64,000 nt of DNA from an uncultured bacterium (GCA_963727525.1 CAVSGO010000007.1:288001-352000); one strand, 5' to 3'; shown: positions 8,305 to 20,561, counted from the stretch's first letter. Notes: generated from the sequence alone by a model not told the origin. Numbers and translations are program-made.

Positions 8305-10320
8305 TCAGGCCCCCTTTCGCCGCGCCACGAGCCGTGTCGAGGCGGCGTCCGCGAAGGCGGTCACGGCTGCGCGAAACAGGAGCCAGTCAGCCGCCGGGAC
8401 GACGCGCCGCGCCACCTGCATCGTGCCGCGCACACGCATCGTCTTGCCGTCGGGCTCGGCGCGCAGGTGGCAGCTCGCGATGTCGCCGGAGTGGCCCGCC
8501 AGCCACGTCGGGGCGCGGTCGGGGGCGTCGGTATCGGTCGTGAAGCCGCGCGGCACGCGAATGTCCTCATCGAGGGTGACGGCCTGGGCCATCCAGAGGA
8601 AGACCGGCGTGGTCCGCGTCTCGTCGTCGACGTCGGCGCGCGCGCCGGCCAGGCGCACGACGCCACCATAATCGGTCGTCGCCAGGGTCGCGGCCGGCGA
8701 ACACCAGGTGACCGTGCGGTCGCCGACGGTGGCGTACCCGGGCACGCGGACCTCGAGGTCCAGATCCATGGCGTGGTCGAAGTCGAGCGGATCACCGGCC
8801 CGCCACGACACCAGCTCGGCTCCGGCGCCGAGGCTGGCGCACCATGACCGTAGCCGCGACTCGACCTGATCGCGCGGCGTCTCGCCGATCGCGCGCCGCA
8901 GCCGCGTGTCGGCCGCGCCGTTGGGCCGCAGTGCCACGCGGGCGCGCAGCGTGCCGTCGGACGCGAGGTCACCGTGCAACGTCAGGGCCACCGCGTTGTC
9001 GTCGGCCGTGAAGGCGCGGATGCTCGCCAGTTCCTCGCCCGTGGGCGTGCCGACGACGTAATCCTGTTCGCCCTCCATGCGGGACCAGGCGAAGCGGCTG
9101 AAGGGGATCCAGGTGGGGTCGAGCATCTCCCACGTTCCGTCGGCCTTCTTCCAGGCGCCGACGCAGTGATTGAACTGGTCGGCGGGAGTGTGTTCCACGC
9201 GGGCGCCGGCCATGGTCATCGCTGGGTAGACCTCGTAGCCCGCCGTGCGGCACAGGGTGATCGCCATGCCGGCGATGTCCTTGCACACACCGCTGCGCTC
9301 GCGCAGGATCATGGGACCCGGGTGCAGGGTGTAGCCCTCGCCCTCGCCCATGTTCAGGCCGCAGTAGCGAATGTTCTGCGCGGCCCAGTGGTTGAGCGCG
9401 GCGACTTTCGCCTCGTCGGACTTCAGGCCGTGAGTAATGTCGGTGACGAGGGCGCGGATCTCCGGCGTGGCGTCGAATTGGCGGGCGTTGGCCTCCCAGA
9501 ACCAGCGGCTCTTCGCGGGCCAGTCGGCGACCGTGGTCATCACCACCTTCGGCGCCGTGTCCCGCGCGTTGGCGCCGCGCCACTCGTGGGGGAGCGGCGG
9601 ACAGTCCTGCTTCCAGAAGCGGTAAGTGAAGTGGTCGACGTCGAAGGTGGATTCGCTGAAGACCTCGCCGCCCACGACCTGGTACTGCAGCGGCCTCGTG
9701 CGCGGGAGGCGCACCGTCACCGTCTTCTCGCGCATGGGGACGTTGCTCTGGAAGAGCTGCACGTCGTACCAGTGGCCGCGCATGGGGGGGATGTAGCGGC
9801 TATCGTCATCGGCCTGGGATTCGCCCAGGTACGCGATCATGTACCCCTTGCGGTACGTCTCCAGTTCCACCGCATCGCCCACCGCCAGGCGCGGCAGCTG
9901 GAGCACCCGCATGCGCGCGCCCCAGTAGATCATGTGAGCCGGCTGCGACACGTCCACCGCCCGCGCCGGATCGACGTCTTCCCAGGTACCGTCGGCCCGG
10001 TGCACGCGCACCGTGCGGATCTCGATGAGCTGCGTCGCGGGGTCGTAGTCGAAGCGCTGGGTCCCTGTGGCGACGGCCCCGGCCCGGGTCAGGACCTTGA
10101 TCACCACGCGGTTGTCGACATGGGCCAGACCGCTCTCCTCGACGTCGCTCGTCGTGCGGTCGAGGACGGTGACGGTGGCGGCGTCCGGGTAGTCGTCGGT
10201 GGTCCCGGCTTCCGCGACGAGGGTGGCCACCGTGGCGGGGTCGAGCGGGAGGGCCCTCGCGGGCAACCCGCACAGCACGGCGAGCCCCGCGGCCGCGATG
10301 GTGTGGTGCAGCGAAACCAT
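8305..10320 (-). CDS. Secreted DUF3857 + transglutaminase-like domain protein
   Basis: Signal peptide; YPDAATVTVLD; NIRY, GVCKD, FNHC, LDPT (Cys-His-Asp triad). Confidence 0.85.
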   Translation of the reverse strand: MVSLHHTIAAAGLAVLCGLPARALPLDPATVATLVAEAGTTDDYPDAATVTVLDRTTSDVEESGLAHVDNRVVIKVLTRAGAVATGTQRFDYDPATQLIEIRTVRVHRADGTWEDVDPARAVDVSQPAHMIYWGARMRVLQLPRLAVGDAVELETYRKGYMIAYLGESQADDDSRYIPPMRGHWYDVQLFQSNVPMREKTVTVRLPRTRPLQYQVVGGEVFSESTFDVDHFTYRFWKQDCPPLPHEWRGANARDTAPKVVMTTVADWPAKSRWFWEANARQFDATPEIRALVTDITHGLKSDEAKVAALNHWAAQNIRYCGLNMGEGEGYTLHPGPMILRERSGVCKDIAGMAITLCRTAGYEVYPAMTMAGARVEHTPADQFNHCVGAWKKADGTWEMLDPTWIPFSRFAWSRMEGEQDYVVGTPTGEELASIRAFTADDNAVALTLHGDLASDGTLRARVALRPNGAADTRLRRAIGETPRDQVESRLRSWCASLGAGAELVSWRAGDPLDFDHAMDLDLEVRVPGYATVGDRTVTWCSPAATLATTDYGGVVRLAGARADVDDETRTTPVFLWMAQAVTLDEDIRVPRGFTTDTDAPDRAPTWLAGHSGDIASCHLRAEPDGKTMRVRGTMQVARRVVPAADWLLFRAAVTAFADAASTRLVARRKGA

Positions 10321-10547
10321 GAGTCCTCCACTGGCAACGGGTTATGCCGTCGGGGGCGAGGCGGCGGGCAGCGTCGGCGTTATGGCCAATATGGCACGCA
10401 TGGCCCGGCAGCGGCAAGCGCCGGCTGCCCTGGAAACCAGTAGTTTTGTTATCTTGTTTAACTTCATGCGTTTTGCCGCAATATGGACATCATATATCAG
10501 CAAAACACATGAGACATTAAAATAAACCCCCCAGACGACTGCCGTTC

Positions 10548-10556
10548 TGGTATAAT
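10548..10556 (+). promoter_or_regulatory. Extended -10 promoter element
   Basis: TGgTATAAT in an AT-rich intergenic region about 40 nt upstream of the C25 peptidase. Confidence 0.55.
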
Positions 10557-10594
10557 CTTTCGCGTTCGGCAACCCGAGCCAGGAGCGACGATCC

Positions 10595-12931
10595 ATGCAG
10601 CGACAGCGAATACTCGGCCGTGTGCATCTGGCTCTCATCCTCGCGGGCGTCTGGACCTGGTCGGCGGCCTCGGCACAGGCGCGCTGGGAGCCGCTCGCCG
10701 GCGGCGATGGCGCAAGCCGGCCGCATATCAGCGTCGTTGCGCAGACGGCCACGGCGGTCACGGTCGAAGTGACGGTGCCCGGTGTCGAGCTTCGCGACGC
10801 TGGCAGCGGCAGTGCGCGCTACGTCGAGGCTCTGGTGCCTGGTTGCGCCCCGCTGCAGGTGGCCGAGCATCCCGAGGTTCCATTGCTGCCCGTCTCGCTG
10901 GCGATCGCCGGGCAGGGCCACGTGGCCCTGGAGGTGATCGAGGTCGAGACACGCGTGCTGACGACGGCGCCGATCCTGCCGTCGCTCGGCCAGGTGCCCC
11001 GCGACATCGATCCCTCCTCGTTGACGCGGCGCGAGGGCGACGTGTACCGCGATGGTGGCATCTGGCCCCTGGCTGCAGCCACGCTCGGGCAGCCCTACAT
11101 CGTACGGGACGCGCGGGGCGTGACCGTACAGGTGGCTCCCGTACGCTGGGACGCGGTGCACGGCCAGATCATTGCCATGCGGCGCATCGTGCTGCGCGTG
11201 ACCACCCGTGGCGTCGACGGCGTGAACGCGCTGCCGGCCGCCAAGGCGGCGTCCGACGGGTTCTTCCGCAGCGTGACCTCGCGACTCTTCGCCAATGCTT
11301 CCGTCACGGCGCGCGACGATGGCAAGGCCCAGGGCGATCCCGATCCCACGGCCTCCGCGCGCATGATCGTGGTGTGTGGCGACGCGCTCGCGAGCGCCAC
11401 CCAGCCATTCGTCACCTGGAAGCGGCAGCGCGGCATGGACGTGCAGCTGGTGCGCATGAGCGACATCGGTGGCACGGCCGGCGACCTGTACTACGCGGTC
11501 AACCACTGGTTCACGGAGCCGGCCGGACTGGGCTACCTGGTGCTCGTCGGCGACGTCGAGCAGGTGCCGACTCAGACCGGGACCATCCAGGGCGCCGACG
11601 GTGATCAGATCTACGCCCTGCAGGCGGGCAGCGATCTCTTTCCGGATTTCCTCGTCTCGCGCATCTCGGCCCGCAACGCCACCGAGGTGCAGGTGCAGGT
11701 CGCCAAGATCGTCGCCTACGAACGCGATCCCGAGATCGGTGGCGACTGGTACGGCCGCGCCGTGGGTATTGCCAGCGATGAGGGCACCCCGGCCGATTAC
11801 GAGCGCGCCGACCTGCTGCGCGACGATCTGCTGGGTTACGGTTACAGCGACGTCAGCCGCATCTATCAGAGCTTCGGCGGCACCACGGCCCAGATCACGG
11901 CCGATGTGAATGCCGGCGTGGGCGTGATCAACTACATCGGCCATGGCGCGGCCGCCGGATGGCTGAGCGTGCCGTTCGGGGCGAGCCAGGTGCACGCCCT
12001 CGACAACGTGGGCAAGCTGCCCTGGATCATCGACGTGTCCTGCACCACGGGCGACTTCTCGCTGCCCGAGTGCTTCGCCGAGGCGTGGATGCGGTCCGGT
12101 ACGCCATCGGCGCCCACCGGTGCCGTGGGCATCGTGGCGGCGTCGGCCTCGGCGCCCTGGGTGCCGCCCTGCGTGATGCAGTCGGCGATGATCGACCGCC
12201 TCACGTCTTCGGCATCCACCGCCGGCGAATCGATGGAACTTGGCGCTCTGTTCGCCGTGGGCCTGGCCAAGGTTCTCACCGTCTATGACGGGCTGACCGT
12301 GGCGCAGCAGATGGTCGAGGAATACAACCTGCTGGGCGACTGCTCCCTGCAGCTGCGCACGCGGGCGCCGCAGACGCTCGCCGTGGACCGTCCGGCCACG
12401 CTGCTGCCCGGCGCCACGGCGCTGAGCGTGCGTGTCGTCGGCACGCTGTCGACCACGGTCACGCTGACGTCCGGCGCCGAACTGCTCGGCGTCGCGGCCA
12501 CCGGGACGGACGGCCGCGCCACTCTCACGCTGAGCCGTGCCATCTTGGAGGACGAGACGACCACGCTCACCGTCACCGGGGCCGAGTGTGCGCCTTACCT
12601 GGCGACGTTACCGACGGCGACGCAGACCGTGCCCGTCGACGACCTGTCGCCCGCCGTATCGCGTATCGTGGGCAACTACCCGAACCCCTGCAATCCGCAC
12701 ACCACAGTGGCGTTCGCCACGGCGGGGGTGGGCCAGGTGGATCTGCGTATCTATGACCTCCACGGCAGGCTCGTGAGTGAACTGGTGCACGAGACGCTAC
12801 CGGCGGGCGACCACGAGGTGGCCTGGAATGGTGCGGACACGACGGGGCGGCTCGTCGCCTCGGGCTCGTATCTCGCTCGACTCGTGGCCGGTGGCGAGAC
12901 GAGCGTCCGGTCGCTGATGCTCGTGCGCTGA
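10595..12931 (+). CDS. C25 (gingipain-like) cysteine peptidase with propeptide and FlgD-Ig/T9SS-like C-terminal domain
   Basis: Signal peptide; WKRQRG, LVLVGD, INYIGHG (His), DVSCTTG (Cys), YNLLGD; C-terminal NYPNPCNP..IYDLHGRLV..WNG..SGSYLARL. Confidence 0.9.
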   Translation: MQRQRILGRVHLALILAGVWTWSAASAQARWEPLAGGDGASRPHISVVAQTATAVTVEVTVPGVELRDAGSGSARYVEALVPGCAPLQVAEHPEVPLLPVSLAIAGQGHVALEVIEVETRVLTTAPILPSLGQVPRDIDPSSLTRREGDVYRDGGIWPLAAATLGQPYIVRDARGVTVQVAPVRWDAVHGQIIAMRRIVLRVTTRGVDGVNALPAAKAASDGFFRSVTSRLFANASVTARDDGKAQGDPDPTASARMIVVCGDALASATQPFVTWKRQRGMDVQLVRMSDIGGTAGDLYYAVNHWFTEPAGLGYLVLVGDVEQVPTQTGTIQGADGDQIYALQAGSDLFPDFLVSRISARNATEVQVQVAKIVAYERDPEIGGDWYGRAVGIASDEGTPADYERADLLRDDLLGYGYSDVSRIYQSFGGTTAQITADVNAGVGVINYIGHGAAAGWLSVPFGASQVHALDNVGKLPWIIDVSCTTGDFSLPECFAEAWMRSGTPSAPTGAVGIVAASASAPWVPPCVMQSAMIDRLTSSASTAGESMELGALFAVGLAKVLTVYDGLTVAQQMVEEYNLLGDCSLQLRTRAPQTLAVDRPATLLPGATALSVRVVGTLSTTVTLTSGAELLGVAATGTDGRATLTLSRAILEDETTTLTVTGAECAPYLATLPTATQTVPVDDLSPAVSRIVGNYPNPCNPHTTVAFATAGVGQVDLRIYDLHGRLVSELVHETLPAGDHEVAWNGADTTGRLVASGSYLARLVAGGETSVRSLMLVR

Positions 12932-13050
12932 ATCGTCGCCGACGATGTGGTACGGAAATGGCCCGGGCGTGTGCCCGGGCCGGTTTCCGTCCGGCCCGGA
13001 TCGGCCTATCATGGCCGAGAGATGTCCGGCCGCGTCGAGGAGGTTGATCC

Positions 13051-14586
13051 GTGTCCATGCGCCGTCTGCGCCCCTGGTGGTTCGTCTTCGTCATCGTTCT
13101 TGCCCTTGCTCTGGTCGTTGCGGCGCTGTCGCCCACCTGCATCGTGGCGGCCGTCGTCGATCTCGGTCCCATCCCCGCGACCGAACAGAACGTGCAGGGC
13201 GATCGTCTCCCGCTGGCGACGGATCACGGTTTCCTGTCAACGCAGGAAGACGGTCCTTGCCTGACGGCGTCCCAGCGCGCGGCCATCGTGGCCGATCTCG
13301 CGGCCTCGCGCGCCGCGCTGCAGGCGGCGGGCGTGCTGCCGCCCGTATTCGATCGGACGCAAACGGTCACCCTGCAATGGCCGTTGCAGGCGGCGCCATG
13401 GGTGATGGACCCCGGCGTGCACGGGATCTCGAACTACGTCGACCATGATCCGAGCTACCCGGATCAGCTGCTCGACTACGCGTGCGGCGCGCGCACCTAC
13501 GACCAGGCGAACGGCTACAACCATGCGGGCACCGACTACTTCATGTGGCCCTTTCCGTGGCACAAGATGATCGACCAGGACGTTGCGATCGTGGCGGCCG
13601 CGCCCGGCTTCATCATCCTGAAGTACGACGGGAATTTCGATCGGAGCTGCGGCCTGAATGGTGGGCTCTGGAATGCCGTCTATGTGCAGCACGCCGACGG
13701 GTCTGTGGCGTGGTACGGACACATGAAAGCGGGATCGCTCACCAGCAAGCCCGTGGGGTCCACCGTCGAGGCGGGGGAGTACCTCGGCTCCGTGGGCAGC
13801 TCGGGCAACAGCACGGGCCCGCACCTGCACCTCGAGTTGCACGACGGCAGCGGCAACCTCGTCGATCCTTATCTGGGCCCGTGCAACGCCCTGGACGGCG
13901 AGAGCCGGTGGGCCCAGCAACGGCCCTACGATGATTCCGCCATCAACGCGCTACGCACGCACGATGCGCCACCCGAATGGCCCGACTGTCCCGAGCCGGC
14001 GATCACGCACGAGCAGGATCGGTTCCTCGCCGGCGATCTCGTCTACTTCGCGGCCTACTACCGCGATCAGCTCGCCGGACAGTTGACCCAGTTCGCGGTG
14101 CTGCGTCCGGACGGCTCGACCTGGCGCGCCTGGAGCGGCGGGATGTCGTCGCCAGACCACTACGCCGCGAGCTACTGGTGGTGGAACTGGGTACTGCCCC
14201 CGACGGGGCCCGACGGCTGGTGGACATTCCGCGCCACGTTCGAGGGTCAGACGGTGGAGCATCGTTTCGCGGTCGGTGAGAGCACCCCGGTCCCCGATAC
14301 GTCTCCGGCAGGGCTCACGCTCGCGGCTCCCCACCCCAACCCGGCGAATCCGCGCACGGAGGTCCGCTACACGTTGCCGGCGCCGGGTGCGGTGTGGCTC
14401 TCCGTTTACGATGTGCGCGGTCGCCGTCTCCGGGAGTTGACGCTCGGCGTCCAGGTGCCGGGCGACCACGCCGTGACCTGGGATGGTTGCGATGCCGCCG
14501 GCCGCGATCTGCCGTCGGGCACGTACCTCCTGCGCCTGCAGACCGAAGCCGGCTCCCTCACCCGCAAGGTCCAGCTCGCGCGCTGA
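13051..14586 (+). CDS. M23 family metallopeptidase with FlgD-Ig C-terminal domain
   Basis: GAGGAGG RBS; HAGTD (HxxxD), YGHM, GSSGNSTGPHLHLE; C-terminal PHPNPANP..WDG..SGTYLLRL. Confidence 0.88.
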   Translation: MSMRRLRPWWFVFVIVLALALVVAALSPTCIVAAVVDLGPIPATEQNVQGDRLPLATDHGFLSTQEDGPCLTASQRAAIVADLAASRAALQAAGVLPPVFDRTQTVTLQWPLQAAPWVMDPGVHGISNYVDHDPSYPDQLLDYACGARTYDQANGYNHAGTDYFMWPFPWHKMIDQDVAIVAAAPGFIILKYDGNFDRSCGLNGGLWNAVYVQHADGSVAWYGHMKAGSLTSKPVGSTVEAGEYLGSVGSSGNSTGPHLHLELHDGSGNLVDPYLGPCNALDGESRWAQQRPYDDSAINALRTHDAPPEWPDCPEPAITHEQDRFLAGDLVYFAAYYRDQLAGQLTQFAVLRPDGSTWRAWSGGMSSPDHYAASYWWWNWVLPPTGPDGWWTFRATFEGQTVEHRFAVGESTPVPDTSPAGLTLAAPHPNPANPRTEVRYTLPAPGAVWLSVYDVRGRRLRELTLGVQVPGDHAVTWDGCDAAGRDLPSGTYLLRLQTEAGSLTRKVQLAR

Positions 14587-14697
14587 CGGGCGCCGCATTG
14601 CACGCCTGGCCGAAATCCGCTACTCTGCCCGCGGCGGATACGCTCGCGGGCGTGCGCCGCCGCTTGCCCTCGATCACCGGAGCCAGGAATCATCACC

Positions 14698-16662
14698 ATG
14701 CCGCCTCACGCGCCGCTGTTCACGCCGTTCGCCACGCACCCGGAAACGCTCGCCATCACGCCGGAACTCGTGACGCGTTACGCCCTGCCCCGCTGGGCGG
14801 CGAACTTCGCGCTCGGCACGGCCGGCTACCGGGACCTGCTCGATCCTGACGACCTCTTCAATCCCGAGGTCCCCTTCAACGGCGTGACCATCGCCATCCT
14901 GCTCACGGCGCGGGCGCAGCTCGCCCTCGAGCACGGACTCGCGCAGCTCCATGTGGGCGGAGAGGTGCGGCCCCACACGCAGGAGTTCATCGACCTGGCC
15001 GCGCGCATCTATGCCGCGCACGGCATCACCGTGCACCTGCGGCCGCAGGGTGAGCGCACGACGCCGATCTGGCTCTCCAGCTTCGGCGTGTTCCACGACG
15101 AGTTGGACGGCGGCGAGAACTTCACGGCGAGCCACAGCCAGAGCTACAAGGGCGGCTGGAAACCGATGGACGCCGCCGGTGGGCAACTCCTGGCGATGGC
15201 CGGCCTCATCGCCGACCGCGTGCGCGCCCTCGTGCAGCAGGCCCAGACGGGCGGCATGACGATCGAGCTGGCCGCCGCGGATGACGCGCGGATCCGCCGC
15301 GACTTCGACCCCGTCACGCCCTACGTGCGCGCGCTGGAGCAGGTCGTGCCGCGCGAACTGATCGCCGAGATCCCGGCAGCAGCGGCGGCGGGGTTTCGCG
15401 CCACCTTCTGCACCGAGGGCGGGAGCATGGCGGCCACGGCCGGGCGCGTCTTCGCGGAGCTGGACCTCGCCATGGCCCCCGACGGCGCCATCAGCTTCAC
15501 CCATGCCGAGGAAGACGAGAACTACCATGGGATCGGCGTGGTCGATGGCGTGAACTACGGCGTCGACCCCGGCAAGTGGCAGATCTACAAGCACGTCGGC
15601 GCGCAGGCCATGCTGCGTGAGAACACGTGCCACATCTTCTTCATCTGGGATCCCGACGGTGATCGTTTCAACATGGTGACGCCGGCGCCGGTGGAGGTCG
15701 CGGACGCGGCCGCAGCCGCCGGGCTCGAGGTCGAGCCGCTCGACGCCACCCGCTGTGTGGTCTACTTCAAGCCCAACCAGATCTACTTCATGCTCACCGG
15801 CGTGCGCCTCGACGCGCTCGCCGCCAACGGCGAGCTGGAGGACCACGACTGGATCGTCGCCACGACCTATCCCACCAGCCGCAGCATCGGCGAGCTGGCC
15901 GAGGCCTACGCCGAGCGCCACGACGTGTCGCTGGCGACCTTTCGCACCCCGGTGGGTTTCAAGCACTTCGCGGCCCTGGTCGGCAACCTCGAGGACCAGC
16001 TCGCCGACGACACCGACCCCTGCACCGCCACCGACGTCACCGGCGAGACCACCGCGTTCGGCGCCGACCCTCGCCTGCTCATCATGGCCGAGGAGAGCGG
16101 CGGCGCCGCCATGGGCCCGGGCGAGCCGATGGCCTGCCGCGGTGGGGAGCAGACGAGCCTCGCGCCCAAGGAAAAGGATGGCATGCAGATCGGCGTGCTT
16201 GCCCTGGGCCTCGCCGCGCGCCTGCACCGCGAGGGTGGCAGCTTCGCGAGCTACTACCTCCACCTGCTCGAGACCTACGACATCGGCTGGCGATTCTATG
16301 AGCGCCGCGACGTGACACTCTTCGACGAATCCCTCCAGGGCGACGCGCGGGCCGCGGCCCAGGCCGCCGGCAACCGGCGCAAGCACGCCACGGTGGCGTT
16401 CTTCGCGAACCTGGAAGATCGCAAGCCGCAAGACGTGGTCGACACGTTGCAGTCCCGCCTGCCAGCGGGCACCACACTCCCGTCCGTGCAGCGCTGCTTC
16501 CACGCGGGCGACGGCACGCTGATCGAGATGGACGGCGTCTGGTTCGAGCTGCGCGCCAGCGGCACCGACGCCGTCCTGCGGTATTACCTGGAAGGCCGCG
16601 ACCGGGCCGGTGTGAGCGCCCTGAACGAGGCCTTCACCAACCTGCGCATCGACGAGGCCTGA
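14698..16662 (+). CDS. Alpha-D-phosphohexomutase (PGM/PMM) family protein, divergent
   Basis: GTAGYR, TASHS (phospho-Ser loop), DPDGDR (metal loop), TPVGFKH, EESGG, RASGT. Confidence 0.85.
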   Translation: MPPHAPLFTPFATHPETLAITPELVTRYALPRWAANFALGTAGYRDLLDPDDLFNPEVPFNGVTIAILLTARAQLALEHGLAQLHVGGEVRPHTQEFIDLAARIYAAHGITVHLRPQGERTTPIWLSSFGVFHDELDGGENFTASHSQSYKGGWKPMDAAGGQLLAMAGLIADRVRALVQQAQTGGMTIELAAADDARIRRDFDPVTPYVRALEQVVPRELIAEIPAAAAAGFRATFCTEGGSMAATAGRVFAELDLAMAPDGAISFTHAEEDENYHGIGVVDGVNYGVDPGKWQIYKHVGAQAMLRENTCHIFFIWDPDGDRFNMVTPAPVEVADAAAAAGLEVEPLDATRCVVYFKPNQIYFMLTGVRLDALAANGELEDHDWIVATTYPTSRSIGELAEAYAERHDVSLATFRTPVGFKHFAALVGNLEDQLADDTDPCTATDVTGETTAFGADPRLLIMAEESGGAAMGPGEPMACRGGEQTSLAPKEKDGMQIGVLALGLAARLHREGGSFASYYLHLLETYDIGWRFYERRDVTLFDESLQGDARAAAQAAGNRRKHATVAFFANLEDRKPQDVVDTLQSRLPAGTTLPSVQRCFHAGDGTLIEMDGVWFELRASGTDAVLRYYLEGRDRAGVSALNEAFTNLRIDEA

Positions 16663-16671
16663 GGAGACACG

Positions 16672-16940
16672 ATGACCGACCGCCCCTTTCGCAAGCTGAC
16701 CGTCTACAGCTCGACCTACTGCCCGGACTGTACTCAGGCCAAGCGATTCCTGGCCGAGCACAGCATCGATTACGAGGTGATCGAGATCGACCGCGACCCC
16801 GACGCCGCCACGCGTCTGGAGCAGCAGACCGGCAAGCGCGGCGTACCCTACTTCGTGCTCGACGACGAGCAATGGGTGCGTGCCTACATCCCACGCCAGG
16901 GATTCGACCGCAGTGGCATGGCCGAGCTGCTGGGGCTCGC

Positions 16941-16944
<4 letters not shown>
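16672..16944 (+). CDS. Glutaredoxin family protein
   Basis: YCPDC, AKRFL, TGKRGVP; GAGGAG RBS. Confidence 0.9.
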
Positions 16945-18143
<1,199 letters not shown>

Positions 18144-18371
18144 TCCCGATTGCGACGCTGGTGCCGGCACCGCTGGCTGGCGGGCCCACGCGGTGCTTGG
18201 CAGCCGGCCCCCCGATCACGGACCGCCGGATCCTGTCATCCGGCCTCGGTGTTACCACCCGCCTCTCGACGCCCCCGTGGTGGATTCGAGCTTCATCGGC
18301 AGCGGAACCTGCCGAAGTTCAGGGAGAAGTCCCGAGTCTTTGTCCAGGTCCCGGAGTCGAGGTCGCCAGTC

Positions 18372-19172
18372 ATGGAACAGCCCGTTGCCACCCAGCCCCG
18401 TATCAAGCGCGCGGCATACGAACGAGAGCTGAAACGGCTGCAGGCCGAACTCGTGAAGTTGCAGTACTGGATCAAGGCGCGTGGCCTGCGTGTGGCGGTG
18501 CTCTTCGAGGGGCGCGACGCCGCTGGCAAGGGGGGTGCGATCACCCGCATCACCGAGTGCCTGAGTCCCCGCATCTGCCGCGTCGTCGCCCTCGGGACGC
18601 CTACCGAGCGCGAGTGCAGCCAGTGGTATTTCCAGCGCTACGCCTCGCACCTGCCAGCCGGCGGTGAGATGGTCCTCTTTGACCGCAGCTGGTACAATCG
18701 GGCAGGCGTCGAACATGTGATGGGCTTCTGCACCGCGGGCGATTACACCGAGTTCCTACGCTCCTGTCCGGAGTTCGAACGCATGCTCGTGCGGTCGGGC
18801 TTGTCGCTCGTGAAGTACTGGTTCTCGGTGAGCGACGAGGAGCAGGAGCGGCGGTTCCAGGCGCGGATCCTCGACCCTCGCAAGCGCTGGAAACTGAGCC
18901 CGATGGACCTCGAGTCACGCGACCACTGGGTAGAGTACTCCATGGCGAAGGACGCCATGTTCCGCCACACGGATCTGAAGCAGGCCCCCTGGTATGTCGT
19001 GAATGGAGAAGACAAGCGGCGGGCGCGGCTGAACTGCATCAGCCATCTCCTGAGTCTCTTTCCTTACGAGGACCTCACGCCGGCGCCGATCGATCTGCCG
19101 CCACGTCAAGAGCAGCGCGACTACGTGCGACCACCCCTGACGGATCAGACGTTCGTACCAGAGACCTACTAG
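18372..19172 (+). CDS. ppk2: Polyphosphate kinase 2
   Basis: FEGRDAAGKGG, QWYFQRY, FDRSWYNRAGVE, KRWKLSPMD, KRRARLNCI. Confidence 0.95.
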   Translation: MEQPVATQPRIKRAAYERELKRLQAELVKLQYWIKARGLRVAVLFEGRDAAGKGGAITRITECLSPRICRVVALGTPTERECSQWYFQRYASHLPAGGEMVLFDRSWYNRAGVEHVMGFCTAGDYTEFLRSCPEFERMLVRSGLSLVKYWFSVSDEEQERRFQARILDPRKRWKLSPMDLESRDHWVEYSMAKDAMFRHTDLKQAPWYVVNGEDKRRARLNCISHLLSLFPYEDLTPAPIDLPPRQEQRDYVRPPLTDQTFVPETY

Positions 19173-19321
19173 CTCGCCGTTCCCGGAGCGACGCCGGGTA
19201 CAGGCGTACTCGTAGGACTGACCGCTCCGCAACGGCGCCGGATCGACCCAGACCCTGATGTCCGCGTAGATTGGCATGGGATCGCATTCGACACTACCGA
19301 CAAGCGAATTTGATCGGGACG

Positions 19322-19549
19322 CTACCTCCGAAGATCCTCGAGTAGGCGCTCGTATTCGTCCTTGCTGATCTCGCCACGGGCGTAGCGCTGCTTGAGGATC
19401 GTCTCGGGGGATTCGCCGGGGAAGTCCCGGTCACGCGACCCCGACAGCTTCACGAGCCGGTAGACCAGCACCACAGCGACCACCAGCACCACGATCCAGA
19501 TGATTCCCATGAGTCCGCCTCCACCGAAACCACCCATGTTGCCGAACAC
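19322..19549 (-). CDS. Small SHOCT-domain membrane protein
   Basis: Gly-rich N-terminus, TM helix, ILKQRYARGEISKDEYE; AGGAGG RBS before GTG. Confidence 0.85.
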   Translation of the reverse strand: MFGNMGGFGGGGLMGIIWIVVLVVAVVLVYRLVKLSGSRDRDFPGESPETILKQRYARGEISKDEYERLLEDLRR

Positions 19550-19583
19550 GGGTCGTCACCTCCTATCACCGCGCCGGGCGCCG

Positions 19584-19959
19584 TCAGGGCGTCGGCGGGC
19601 ACGTCTCGAGGTAGAAGTACGCCGCGGCGATCTCCTCGTCGGTGAGGTAAGGCAGGGCAGGCATCGATTGTCCTCCCATGGTCAACATCATCCGCGACGA
19701 ACCGTAGTGAACCTGCTGGCGAACGTTGCTGAGAGAGAGTTTGCGCGGCATGCTCGCCAGCGACGGTATGACACCGCGCATCATCGCCATGTTCCCGCCG
19801 CCGGGGTCGTCGCGCCACTGCCGCTTTCATCCTGGCCCAGACGACGTCCGGGAACTCCGTCTTCGTCTGCGCCTGGGCCTGGGTTGCACCGAGCAGAATC
19901 GAGGATGTGAGGACTATTGCAGCCGCCGTCCCGTTCCGTCCCCGCGGGGTAAGAACCAA
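19584..19959 (-). pseudogene. Possible degraded cytochrome c-like gene
   Basis: Signal-peptide-like segment in one frame and a cytochrome c-like C-terminus (MPALPYLTDEEIAAAYFYL) in another; no intact CxxCH. Confidence 0.35.
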
Positions 19960-20561
19960 GTGGACTCGAAGGAGTATCAGGTACCTACCGCCGGCAAGTG
20001 GAGTCTGGCGACACCATCGAAGCGGGTGCGACGTCTCGTCACCTGCGTACGGGACCAGCGCCAGGCCGAGACCAGAGACACGATGTCGCCGGCTACCGCG
20101 GTGACCACCAGCGTGAGTATCGAGTCCGAAGCCGACGCTGCGGCGCCGATCGCCAGCACAGCTAGCCGATCGTGGAAGACTTCTTCACGTGGTTGCATCA
20201 TTCACAGGCGAAAAAGGCATTGTTGCCGAGCGGACTCTTTGCCAGGGTCTCAGTGTACGCCTTGGTGTGCCAGTCGGCGTTGACGATGTTCCTTGAGGAT
20301 CGGGGGTACCGTTGGATACGAACCACCTGGAGCCCCAGACCCGTTCGATCGCGGTGAGCCGGAAGAACTGGCTGTCCTGTTGGACGGAGATCGGAGCGAA
20401 GTCCGTGGGAGTCGCTTAGATCCTGGCCACGATCCGTGTGCTGCAAGGCGTGGAGCCGTATACGTATCTGGTGGAGTGCTGAAGCGGTTGGACACGACCG
20501 ACGCACACCGAAAGCTCACGATCCCCATTACCCATCCCGCGACGCCCGGTCCCCAACACAA

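Noticed and set aside
19960-20560. Short ORFs between the cytochrome-like remnant and the long hairpin
   Set aside because: No recognisable motifs, convincing RBS or host-like codon pattern; probably degraded sequence.
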